From an uncultured Actinomycetota bacterium (GTDB lineage: Bacteria > Actinomycetota > Actinomycetes > Actinomycetales > Micrococcaceae), in assembly GCA_963741285.1 (NCBI GenBank), contig CAVUHH010000007.1, positions 106,483 through 138,482 on the forward strand: a stretch of DNA of 32,000 bases, written 5' to 3'. Of the stretch, positions 8,393-16,609 are shown piece by piece. Position 1 is the stretch's first letter; each line of letters starts with the position of its first letter. The position numbers and the translations under genes were made by a program. The notes under the pieces were generated by a model. The model searched no databases and was not told the DNA's origin. It saw only the letters and a list, made by a program, of their open reading frames with translations.

Positions 8393-8577
8393 ATTCCCTC
8401 CCCAAGGGTTATGCCATTTGTTGTGCCACTAAATGCGGTGGACATACCCCGACATTGGAGCATGCCCACCATTTTTTAGAGATCCTGCCGACCTACCGTT
8501 GGACAACCAGCAGGTTCTGCCAGGCCTCCGAGTTCGCCACGGGACTATCGAGGCCGCACTGATGGCCATCGACAGAT

Positions 8578-8847
8578 TTAGGCGGCTATGGGAGAGACGT
8601 TGATGTTGAAGAACAGCGTTTCCCGCACGGGCAACGTTCCAAAACCTCCTCGTCGAGTGGCGTTCAGTGCGAGAGAGGTGTCGGTCGCGTAAACGTTTGC
8701 CCAGTTGGTCTCCAGGAACAAGGTCTCCGCGATTGCAACAACTCCACCGGGCGGCCTTCCAGTTCCTGAATTGTGAGTTCCTTCATGTAAATCACCCCCT
8801 TTCGAAGTCTCCCGCTCAGTCAACGCGGCACCCCGTCGCATCTTCAT
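8578..8847 (-). CDS. Hypothetical small protein; 5' end ambiguous (possible leader-peptide-like N-terminus in another frame)
   Basis: The 89-codon ORF ends at TAA 8578. A much better start signal (GGGGGTGA-N6-ATG at 8790, MKELTIQELEGRP) lies one frame off and would join the ORF (GGVVAIAETLFLETNW...) only through a 1-nt shift near 8750. No homolog is recognised. Confidence 0.3.
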   Translation of the reverse strand: MKMRRGAALTERETSKGGDLHEGTHNSGTGRPPGGVVAIAETLFLETNWANVYATDTSLALNATRRGGFGTLPVRETLFFNINVSPIAA

Positions 8848-9000
8848 AACTGCCGAGTTATTTTGCGTTGTTTTGGGAAACTATGGCGTGACAGTCTTTG
8901 ACTTGGGCGCCGAATAATCTATGCCTAGGATGGTTATACCGGGCAGTAATGTTCGTGGATTATTTGCGAATTGCAGACAAGGAAAGCAGGGCGCCCGCTC

Positions 9001-9204
9001 ATGGCGGACATTGAAGGCACGATGGTTATCCGCGCGTGGGCTGAGCCTGCACCAAACAACCGGATCCGCGCACGTCTCATTTCCAGCCGGCCCGGCCAGA
9101 GCGGGGAATTCGTGGAGGCTGCCGGCGATGCAGCGGAAGTCCTCCAGGCTGTCCAGCGCTGGCTCGATTCACTGCAACCGGAAGACACCACAGCCAACGC
9201 CTAG
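9001..9204 (+). CDS. Hypothetical small protein (67 aa)
   Basis: MADIEGTMVIRAWAEPAPNNRIRARLISSRPGQSGEFVEAAGDAAEVLQAVQRWLDSL has non-biased composition and sits upstream of the SARP gene on the same strand. Weak RBS. Confidence 0.4.
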   Translation: MADIEGTMVIRAWAEPAPNNRIRARLISSRPGQSGEFVEAAGDAAEVLQAVQRWLDSLQPEDTTANA

Positions 9205-9238
9205 TCCGGCGCACCGAAAAGCCCCACCATATATGCGG

Positions 9239-9281
9239 CCCTACCCCACTTGATCCCTCGCCCTACCCCAGTTACTAAAAT
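9239..9281 (+). promoter_or_regulatory. SARP-style direct repeats plus -10-like element upstream of the SARP gene
   Basis: The perfect 10-mer CCCTACCCCA occurs at 9239-9248 and 9261-9270 (22-bp period), followed 5 nt later by TAAAAT (9276-9281). SARP activators classically bind direct repeats with 11/22-bp periodicity just upstream of the -10. Confidence 0.4.
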
Positions 9282-9351
9282 GACTTGACATGATTGGGCC
9301 AAGTGCCACGATGGTAGCTGGAGGACGCGTGGATCCGGCCGCTTGAGAGGG

Positions 9352-10095
9352 ATGAGCATGACGGTTGCTCTCGCACAGGATTGGCACTTGAGTCTGCTGG
9401 GGGCTTGGCGGTTACGCTGCGGCAGCAACACAGTGACGGTGGCCAGCCGTGAGCAGCGGCTGATAGCCTGCGTGGGACTTCTAGGCTGCCGCCACCGGAG
9501 TTTTTTGGCCGGCCTCCTGTGGCCGAAAAGCAGCGAAACGCAGGCAGCGGGAAACCTCCGTACCACCGTCTGGTGCATCTCCCACGCTTTCCCTCACCTT
9601 CTCCATGCGGGGCCAGACACCCTGGAGCTGGACGAATCCGTCCGCGTCGACGTCGCAGCCCTGCAGCAGCACGTCGCCAGAATGCACGCGCAGCCTGAAG
9701 CACAGGTCCCGGACAGCTACCTGGACCACCTGAGCCGGGCCGAGCTGCTGCCCGGCTGGTATGACGACTGGGTGGTCTTCGAACAGGAGCGGCTCCGGCA
9801 AATGCGGCTCAGCGCCCTTGAGCTGATGGCACGGCAGCATCTGGTGGCCGGTGAACCGGGCAATGCCGTCATCGCGGCACTGTCGGCGGCAAGCATCGAA
9901 CCGCTCAGGGAATCGGCGCACCTCCTGCTGGTGCAGGCCCACCTTGCAGCCGGCAACAGGGCAGCTGCGGTCCGGGCCTACACGATGTTTGCCAGCAGGC
10001 TGGAAAATGAACTGGGCGTCCAGCCCTCAAGCCAGCTGAGCGGGCTTGTCTCGGCGTTCCGGCCGCAAGTCGGCCTGGTACCTGGCGGCATGTAG
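9352..10095 (+). CDS. SARP/AfsR-DnrI-RedD-type regulator (OmpR-like winged helix + BTAD domain)
   Basis: LSLLGAWRLRCGSNTVTVASREQRLIACVGLLG ... LLWPKSSETQAAGNLRTTVW (wHTH), then LLPGWYDDWVVFEQERLRQMRLSALE ... EPLRESAHLLLVQAHLAAGNRAAAVRAYTMFASRLENELGVQPS (BTAD). The start is ATG 9352 or 9358, after GAGAGGG. Confidence 0.75.
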   Translation: MSMTVALAQDWHLSLLGAWRLRCGSNTVTVASREQRLIACVGLLGCRHRSFLAGLLWPKSSETQAAGNLRTTVWCISHAFPHLLHAGPDTLELDESVRVDVAALQQHVARMHAQPEAQVPDSYLDHLSRAELLPGWYDDWVVFEQERLRQMRLSALELMARQHLVAGEPGNAVIAALSAASIEPLRESAHLLLVQAHLAAGNRAAAVRAYTMFASRLENELGVQPSSQLSGLVSAFRPQVGLVPGGM

Positions 10096-10152
10096 GGACA
10101 AGCCACGCCGGGCACGGACAACGACACCCCCCGGCCGGCCGACCCACCCAAA

Positions 10153-10806
10153 GTGCGGTACTTTGTGGCCATGGACTTTGGCAACGCGGACAGCTGGGGG
10201 GCGGCGATCTACTTTTGGATCATCCCCGTGGTGCTCGGCGACGCCATCTTTCCGCCCATCCCGTCCGAGATGGTGGTGATTACCGGCGGAGCCCTTTCGG
10301 CGGAGGGACGGGCCAATTTTTTCCTCGTCGCAGCCCTGTCCGCGGCGGCGTCCTGGATCGGCGACATGGTGGTTTTCCAACTCTTCAAGCGCCGGCTCAG
10401 CCATATTCTTGACCGGTGGCGCTGGGGCAGGAAAGTCCACCACGGCATCCATGATGCGATCGCCAAGGCTGGCCGTTCCTCCACGTACGGGACCATCATC
10501 GGCGCCCGCTTCATCCCCGGCGGCCGGCTTGCGACGTCGGCCGCCGCAGGGATTGCCGACGTCTCCGTCCGCGGTTTCAGCCTCTGCGCCGGCCTCGGCG
10601 CCGTCTTATGGGCCAGCTGGCTGGTGGGCCTGGGCTACTTCACGGGATCGGCAACCAGGCTGCCGTTTTGGGCCAGTTCCCTCATCGGGGTGGGAGTGGG
10701 GCTGGTGATCGGTGCCGTCGTCGGAGTCATCGTCACCCGCCGCCGCGGTACCCGGTCCCCGGTTGACGAACCCCCGCCGGTGATTGAGCCCGCGCCCGGC
10801 GACTGA
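10153..10806 (+). CDS. DedA/SNARE-associated (VTT-domain) membrane protein
   Basis: FPPIPSEMVVITGGAL and ARFIPGGRLATS are typical of DedA-family proteins, and the ORF is multi-TM. An alternative start is ATG 10171. Confidence 0.75.
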   Translation: MRYFVAMDFGNADSWGAAIYFWIIPVVLGDAIFPPIPSEMVVITGGALSAEGRANFFLVAALSAAASWIGDMVVFQLFKRRLSHILDRWRWGRKVHHGIHDAIAKAGRSSTYGTIIGARFIPGGRLATSAAAGIADVSVRGFSLCAGLGAVLWASWLVGLGYFTGSATRLPFWASSLIGVGVGLVIGAVVGVIVTRRRGTRSPVDEPPPVIEPAPGD

Positions 10807-10825
10807 AGCGTCAAAGGCGGCGGGG

Positions 10826-11131
10826 CTACACCGGTGCCCAGCGGCCGCGGTTGCGGCGCAGCACCATCAGTGAACCGGTCAGCGCAACGCGTTCGACGGC
10901 GTCGCGCATCATCGCTGCCGATTCGCGCGCCTGCTGGTTCTCGCCGTGGTATTCGGTAGCCTCCACCAGGAACCGAAGGTTCAGCTGGGGGACGCCGCCG
11001 GCGAGCTCCAGCTGGTTGGCCTCCACATGGTGACGCGTCTCCAGGGCCTCCACGGCGGCCGCCATCACCGCCTCGGGCGGGTTGCCCGGCTTCAGGCCGG
11101 TGATTTTCAGGCGGGTCTGGAACGAAGGCAT
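10826..11131 (-). CDS. Hypothetical protein (101 aa) downstream of the nickel permease
   Basis: Starting from ATG 11131 (MPSFQTRLKITGLKPG...) the composition is balanced. It lies 35 nt downstream of hoxN on the same strand. The N-terminal part of the tracked 244-aa ORF overlaps hoxN and is rejected. Confidence 0.45.
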   Translation of the reverse strand: MPSFQTRLKITGLKPGNPPEAVMAAAVEALETRHHVEANQLELAGGVPQLNLRFLVEATEYHGENQQARESAAMMRDAVERVALTGSLMVLRRNRGRWAPV

Positions 11132-11166
11132 GCCCTCAACCCTATCCCGGCCGGCTTCTTGCCCGG

Positions 11167-12327
11167 CTAGCCCCGCTGCTCGGGGCCGCCCTTCGGAACG
11201 GGCACTGACCAGCGCTCCTCGATGTGGCCGAAACGCCACACGCCCAGGGCAAGGAGCCAGGTGAAGATGAACAGCGCAACCGTGGTGTATCCGACGGCCG
11301 CGAGGTCCAGTCCGCCAATCACAGCCAGGGGCCCTGAGCGGATCCCGGCGCTGTCCACCAGGAGGGAAATCAGCTGCACAGAGCCGATGCCCAACGCTAC
11401 TGCCACGGACAAGCCAGTCACCACCACGTTGTAATAGATCCTGCGGATGGGCCGGGAAAGCGCCCACCGGTAGGCGAATGTCATGAAGCAGCCGTCGAGC
11501 GAGTCGAGCAGGCTCATGCCCGCCGCGAAGAGGACCGGCAGCGTGAGGATCGCGTACCACGGCAGCGCCGACGCAGCGGCTCCCGCGGCCAGGATGAGCA
11601 GGCTTACCTCCGTGGCAGTGTCAAACCCCAGGCCGAACAGCAGCCCCACCCCATACATCTGCCAAGGCTTGGTGATCAGGCGTGTGAACCTGCCGAAGAG
11701 CCGCGTCATCAGTCCGCCGGAGAACGGCTGGGTCTCCAAACCGGCGTCCTTGTTTTGGCTGGACCGCAGCCGCCGCGCCGATCGGAGTACTTCCAGGAGC
11801 ATCACCAGGTTCAGGGCACCAATGAGGTAGAGAAAGAGGCCCGAGACTGCCGTTCCGAAGACCTGCAGGCCAGCCTCGGTTTCGCCCGAAACCACTCCAC
11901 CCTGGTCCGACAGGCTTCGGATTCCGGCGGCCAGCAAAGCACACAGGCCAAAGACGATGCTCGAGTGGCCCAGGGAGAACCAGAAACCCACTGTCATGGG
12001 CCGGGCTCCCAACCGGGAGTGCCCGTCACCCGAAAGTTTCCGCGTGGTGTTATCGATGGCGGCGATGTGATCGGCGTCGAACGCGTGGCGGAGCCCCAAG
12101 GTATACGCGGCGACGCCCAGGCCAACACCGAAAACGCCGGACGAGCCCGCGGGAAGGTTTCCGGGTGCCACGACTGCCAGGAGCACACCCCAGCCCACTA
12201 CATGGAGCAGCAACACCACGGCTGCCATTCCTGCGATCGAGGACCGCTCCCGCCTGGTCAAAACGATTGCGGACCGACCTGTCGAGGCCTCGGGCTGCGT
12301 GCTGTTTTCAGCTTCCGGTTGCTTCAC
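11167..12327 (-). CDS. hoxN: NiCoT-family high-affinity nickel/cobalt permease (HoxN/HupN/NixA type)
   Basis: Carries the signature RHAFDADHIAAIDNTTRK (HX4DH), plus FSLGHSS and LGFDTATE. The GTG start at 12327 is preceded by GGAGG 7 nt upstream. It is divergent from hypA. Confidence 0.9.
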   Translation of the reverse strand: MKQPEAENSTQPEASTGRSAIVLTRRERSSIAGMAAVVLLLHVVGWGVLLAVVAPGNLPAGSSGVFGVGLGVAAYTLGLRHAFDADHIAAIDNTTRKLSGDGHSRLGARPMTVGFWFSLGHSSIVFGLCALLAAGIRSLSDQGGVVSGETEAGLQVFGTAVSGLFLYLIGALNLVMLLEVLRSARRLRSSQNKDAGLETQPFSGGLMTRLFGRFTRLITKPWQMYGVGLLFGLGFDTATEVSLLILAAGAAASALPWYAILTLPVLFAAGMSLLDSLDGCFMTFAYRWALSRPIRRIYYNVVVTGLSVAVALGIGSVQLISLLVDSAGIRSGPLAVIGGLDLAAVGYTTVALFIFTWLLALGVWRFGHIEERWSVPVPKGGPEQRG

Positions 12328-12466
12328 TTCCGAGCCTCCGGCTTCCGCGTCATTGCAGAATAATGAGACGACTATACGCCCATACTCGATGAACGTGCAG
12401 CTGTCAAATTTTTGGGTTGCGTTATGGCCGGGACGAGCCTATCTTGACAGAGAGGGGGCACAGCCG
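12328..12466. promoter_or_regulatory. Divergent hoxN / hypA-hydrogenase control region (sites not resolved)
   Basis: 139-bp AT-richer spacer between divergent starts. It must contain both promoters. I could not assign a regulator site. Confidence 0.3.
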
Positions 12467-12796
12467 ATGCACGAACTCTCGATCGTACAAAGCCTCATAG
12501 ACGCGGTTCTGGACCAAACCGGCAACCGTGCGGTTACCGGCGTCAACCTTCGGATCGGGCCGTTGTCAGGTGTGCTCCCGGATGCCCTCCGTTTCTGTTT
12601 TGACGTTGCCTCGGCGGGAACCACCCTGGCAGGGGCGCGGCTGCGGATCGACGAGCCGCAGGGACGGGGGCTGTGCCGCACGTGCGGCAACGACTTCGCT
12701 CTCACTGATATGTTCCTCCTCTGTCCCTGCGGCAGTGCCGACGTCCACGTGGTGACCGGACGCGAACTCCAGCTCGTTTCGGTGGAGGTGGCATAA
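12467..12796 (+). CDS. hypA: Hydrogenase nickel-insertion metallochaperone HypA
   Basis: MHELSIVQSLIDAVL is the N-terminal Ni-binding MHE motif, with zinc motifs CRTCG...CPCG. RBS is GAGGGGG. Confidence 0.9.
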   Translation: MHELSIVQSLIDAVLDQTGNRAVTGVNLRIGPLSGVLPDALRFCFDVASAGTTLAGARLRIDEPQGRGLCRTCGNDFALTDMFLLCPCGSADVHVVTGRELQLVSVEVA

Positions 12797-12799
12797 GCA

Positions 12800-13692
12800 A
12801 TGTGCGCAACATGCGGCTGCGGCGAGGACGCCACTCCCCGGGTCTATGCCCTCGATGTCCCCAGCGCGCAGGGGCATGGTCACCCCCACAATCACGGGCA
12901 CGACCACACGCACACCCACGATCACGGGCACGACCGGGCCACGCCCACGACCGGGCACGACCACGGCGCACCTGCCACGCGCCGGAGCTCATCCCGCTGG
13001 AGCAGAACCTGCTGGCCAAGAACGACCTCCTCGCCGAACGGAACCGCGGCTGGCTGGCGGGACGGAAAGTGCGGGCGCTGAACATGATGAGCTCGCCCGG
13101 CGCCGGGAAGACCACGCTCCTGGTGCGGACGCTCACGGAACTGGGAGACAGGCTGCAGGCCGGGGTCATCGAAGGGGACCAGGAAACCTCTCTCGACGCC
13201 GACCGGATCCAGGCCGCCGGGCGGCCCGTGGTGCAGATCAACACCGGAGCGGGCTGCCACCTCGACGCCGACATGCTCCGCCGCGGACTCGACGCGCTCG
13301 ATCCTCCGATGGGTTCAACCGTGTTCATCGAGAACGTGGGAAATCTCGTCTGCCCCGCCCTCTTCGACCTGGGCGAAGCAGCCAAAGTAGTAGTCGTCTC
13401 AGTGACGGAAGGTGATGACAAACCGCAGAAATACCCGCACATGTTCATCGCAGCTGACCTGGTGATCATCAACAAGTCGGACCTGCTCCCCTACGTCGAG
13501 TTCGACGTCGACGAATGCGTTCGCCGTATCCGTCACCTCAACGCCCACGCAGAATTCCTGGTCCTCTCAGCCACTACCGGCGACGGCGTTGCCGCCTGGT
13601 ATGACTGGCTGGACGGCGTTCCCTCCCGGACAGAGACCCGCGTAGGGTCTTCGACAGGGCCTCTGGAAGAGTCCCTGACAGACGCACACTGA
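12800..13692 (+). pseudogene. hypB: Hydrogenase nickel-incorporation GTPase HypB, frame-disrupted inside/after the His-rich tract as read
   Basis: The N-terminus MCATCGCGEDA plus HGHPHNHGHDHTHTHDHGHD is in the frame of ORF 12800-13081. The G-domain (ELIPLEQNLLAKNDLLAERNRGWL, P-loop SSPGAGKTTLL, ENVGNLVCPA, NKSDLL) is in the frame of ORF 12802-13692. The switch lies between about 12935 and 12990. Confidence 0.85.
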
Positions 13693-13723
13693 GCCCCCTC
13701 ACGGGCCGCGGAAAGAGGCAACG

Positions 13724-14782
13724 ATGCCTACCGAAACTTCCCTCAAGGCCGAAGAAACCCTGATTCACGTGCTCTGGATCAACGCAGGGCTGAGCTGCGA
13801 CGGCGATTCCGTCGCCCTGACAGCAGCCACCCAGCCCAGCGTGGAGGAAATCGCCCTCGGCGCCCTGCCTGGCCTGCCCCGCATCGCCATGCACTGGCCC
13901 CTGATCGATTTCGAGTGCGGCCCCCAGGAAGGGGCGGACGACTTCCTGGAGTGGTTCCGCAAAGCGGACCGCGGCGAGCTGGAGCCGTTCGTCCTGGTGG
14001 TGGAAGGGTCCATCCCGAATGAGAAACTGCACGACGCCGGGGGCTACTGGTGCGGGTTCGGCAACGACCTGGCCACGGGACAGCCGATAACCACCAGTGA
14101 ATGGCTGGACCGCCTGGCACCTAAGGCCACGGCCATCATCGCTGCCGGCACCTGTGCAACATACGGCGGCATCCATGCCATGGCGGGAAACCCCACCGGC
14201 GCCATGGGCGTTCCCGACTACCTGGGCTACGACTGGAAATCCAAGGCCGGCATCCCCATCGTCTGTGTTCCGGGCTGCCCCATCCAGCCGGACAATCTCT
14301 CCGAAACCATGACCTACCTCCTGTACCAGGCCACCGGACAGGCCCCGATGATTCCGCTGGATGATGCGCTGCGGCCCACGTGGCTGTTCGGGAAGACCGT
14401 CCATGAAGGCTGTGACCGCGCGGGCTACTACGAACAGGGCGACTTCGCCACGGAGTACGGCTCCCCCAAGTGCATCGTCAAGCTCGGATGCTGGGGCCCG
14501 GTGGTCAAGTGCAACGTGCCCAAGCGTGGCTGGATGAACGGGATCGGCGGCTGCCCCAACGTTGGCGGCATCTGCATCGGCTGCACCATGCCGGGCTTCC
14601 CGGACAAGTTCATGCCCTTTATGGACGAGCCACCCGGCGGCAAGCTCTCCACCAGCACCATCCGCCCCTACGGCGCCGCAATCAGGGCACTGCGCGGCAT
14701 CACCACCCACACGCTGGACCAGGAGCCCAAGTGGCGCCGGCCCGGACGCGAACTGCTGACCGGCGCACAGCGGACCTGGTAG
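13724..14782 (+). CDS. hhyS: [NiFe]-hydrogenase small subunit, group 1h (Hhy/Hof type)
   Basis: LIHVLWINAGLSCDGDS, AAGTCATYGGI, CVPGCP and the distal cluster motifs GCWGPVVKCNVPKRGW...CIGCTMPGFPDKF are present. There is no twin-arginine signal at the N-terminus, as expected for group 1h. RBS is GAAAGAGG. Confidence 0.92.
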   Translation: MPTETSLKAEETLIHVLWINAGLSCDGDSVALTAATQPSVEEIALGALPGLPRIAMHWPLIDFECGPQEGADDFLEWFRKADRGELEPFVLVVEGSIPNEKLHDAGGYWCGFGNDLATGQPITTSEWLDRLAPKATAIIAAGTCATYGGIHAMAGNPTGAMGVPDYLGYDWKSKAGIPIVCVPGCPIQPDNLSETMTYLLYQATGQAPMIPLDDALRPTWLFGKTVHEGCDRAGYYEQGDFATEYGSPKCIVKLGCWGPVVKCNVPKRGWMNGIGGCPNVGGICIGCTMPGFPDKFMPFMDEPPGGKLSTSTIRPYGAAIRALRGITTHTLDQEPKWRRPGRELLTGAQRTW

Positions 14783-14809
14783 TCCCCCCTTTCCAGACAG
14801 GTGAAGAAC

Positions 14810-16603
14810 ATGACCTCAACGATTCCTATGCCGTCCGGAAGCGGGACGGATAACAGCAACCTCGTGGAGATGGCCTGGGATCCCATCACCCGGATTGTGG
14901 GCAGCCTGGGCATCTACACCAAGATTGATTTCGCGAACAACCAGGTAGTGGAGTGCAAGAGCACGTCCTCGATCTTCCGCGGCTATTCCATTTTCATGAA
15001 GGGCAAGGACCCGCGGGACGCCCACTTCATCACCAGCCGCATCTGCGGGATCTGCGGCGACAACCACGCCACCTGTTCCTGCTACGCGCAAAACATGGCC
15101 TACGGCGTGAAGCCACCGAACCTGGGTGAATGGATCGTGAACCTGGGCGAGGCCGCGGAGTACATGTTCGACCACAACATCTTCCAGGAGAACCTGGTGG
15201 GCGTGGACTACTGCGAAAAGATGGTCTCCGAAACCAACCCCGGCGTCCTGGCCAAGGCTGAGAACACCCGGGCACCGCACGAGGGCGACCACGGCTACCG
15301 GACCATCGCCGACATCATGCGCTCACTGAACCCGTTCACCGGCGAGTTCTACCGCGAGGCGCTGCAGGTCAGCCGCGCCACCCGCGAGATGTTCTGCCTC
15401 ATGGAAGGCCGCCATGTGCATCCGTCCACGCTCTACCCCGGCGGGGTGGGGACCGTGGCCACCATCCAGCTCATGACCGACTACATCACCCGGCTGATGC
15501 GCTACGTGGAATTCATGAAGAAAGTCGTGCCCATGCATGACGACCTCTTCGACTTCTTCTACGAGGCGCTGCCCGGCTACGAGCAGGTGGGCCTGCGCCG
15601 GACGCTGCTGGGCTGCTGGGGCTCCCTCCAGGACCCTGACTACTGCAATTTCGAGTACAAGGACATGACCGAGTGGGGCCGCAAGATGTTCGTCACCCCG
15701 GGCGTGGTGGTGGACGGCAAGCTGGTCACCACGGACCTGGTCCGGATCAACCTGGGCCTGCGGATCATGCTGGGGTCCTCCTACTACGAGGACTGGGAAG
15801 ACCAGGAGATGTTTGTGACCCGCGATCCGCTGGGCAACCCGGTGGACCGCCGCCATCCCTGGAACCAGCACACCAATCCGCGGCCGCAGAAGAGGGACCT
15901 GAAGGAGAAGTACAGCTGGGTCATGTCACCGCGCTGGTTCGACGGCGAGAACAACCTTGCCCTGGACACCGGAGGCGGCCCGCTGGCGCGGCTCTGGGCC
16001 ACGGCCCTGGCCGGGCTGGTGGACATCGGCTACCTCAAGGCCACCGGCAGCAGCGTGCAGATCAACCTTCCCAAGACAGCGCTCAAAGGCCCCGTCACCT
16101 TTGAATGGAACATCCCGCAGTGGAGCAACACCCTGGAACGCAACCGGGCCCGCACCTACTTCCAGGCCTACGCGGCCGCAGCGGCCCTCCATTTCGCGGA
16201 GAAGGCGCTGGAGGAAATCCGGGCCGGCCGGACCAAGACCTGGGAGACGTTCACGGTTCCGGACGAAGCCATCAGCTGCGGCTTCACCGAAGCGGTCCGC
16301 GGCGTCCTGTCCCACCACATGGTGATCCGGGACGGCAAGATCGCGAACTACCACCCCTACCCGCCCACCCCCTGGAACGCCAGCCCCACTGACTCCTCCG
16401 GCACACCCGGCCCGTATGAGGACGCGGTTCAGGGCCAGCCGATCTTCGAGGAGAACGACCGCGAGCACTTCAAGGGGATCGACATCATGCGCACGGTCCG
16501 GAGCTTCGACCCGTGCCTGCCGTGCGGTGTCCATATGTACCTGGGCAACGGCCAGACCCTGGAACAGCTGCACTCGCCCACCCAGACCCTCACCGGAGAG
16601 TAA
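14810..16603 (+). CDS. hhyL: [NiFe]-hydrogenase large subunit, group 1h (Hhy/Hof type)
   Basis: The L1 motif TSRICGICGDNH and the L2 motif SFDPCLPCGVH are the group 1h (formerly group 5) signatures. The C-terminal extension MYLGNGQTLEQL... after the His is the expected protease substrate. An alternative start is GTG 14801. Confidence 0.95.
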   Translation: MTSTIPMPSGSGTDNSNLVEMAWDPITRIVGSLGIYTKIDFANNQVVECKSTSSIFRGYSIFMKGKDPRDAHFITSRICGICGDNHATCSCYAQNMAYGVKPPNLGEWIVNLGEAAEYMFDHNIFQENLVGVDYCEKMVSETNPGVLAKAENTRAPHEGDHGYRTIADIMRSLNPFTGEFYREALQVSRATREMFCLMEGRHVHPSTLYPGGVGTVATIQLMTDYITRLMRYVEFMKKVVPMHDDLFDFFYEALPGYEQVGLRRTLLGCWGSLQDPDYCNFEYKDMTEWGRKMFVTPGVVVDGKLVTTDLVRINLGLRIMLGSSYYEDWEDQEMFVTRDPLGNPVDRRHPWNQHTNPRPQKRDLKEKYSWVMSPRWFDGENNLALDTGGGPLARLWATALAGLVDIGYLKATGSSVQINLPKTALKGPVTFEWNIPQWSNTLERNRARTYFQAYAAAAALHFAEKALEEIRAGRTKTWETFTVPDEAISCGFTEAVRGVLSHHMVIRDGKIANYHPYPPTPWNASPTDSSGTPGPYEDAVQGQPIFEENDREHFKGIDIMRTVRSFDPCLPCGVHMYLGNGQTLEQLHSPTQTLTGE

Positions 16604-16609
16604 GCCGCC

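Noticed and set aside
7619-8479. 286-aa plus-strand ORF
   Set aside because: It is antisense to the macro-domain gene and then runs into the low-GC islet. It has no motifs and an implausible composition.
10826-11560. Full 244-aa minus-strand ORF
   Set aside because: The upstream ~140 codons overlap the 3' end of hoxN in another frame and are R/P/G-rich. Only the last 101 codons (from ATG 11131) look like a gene.
13574-14710. 378-aa minus-strand ORF antisense to hhyS
   Set aside because: It has a shadow-ORF composition (G/A/R/V/D-rich, no motifs). The opposite strand carries unmistakable hydrogenase small-subunit motifs.
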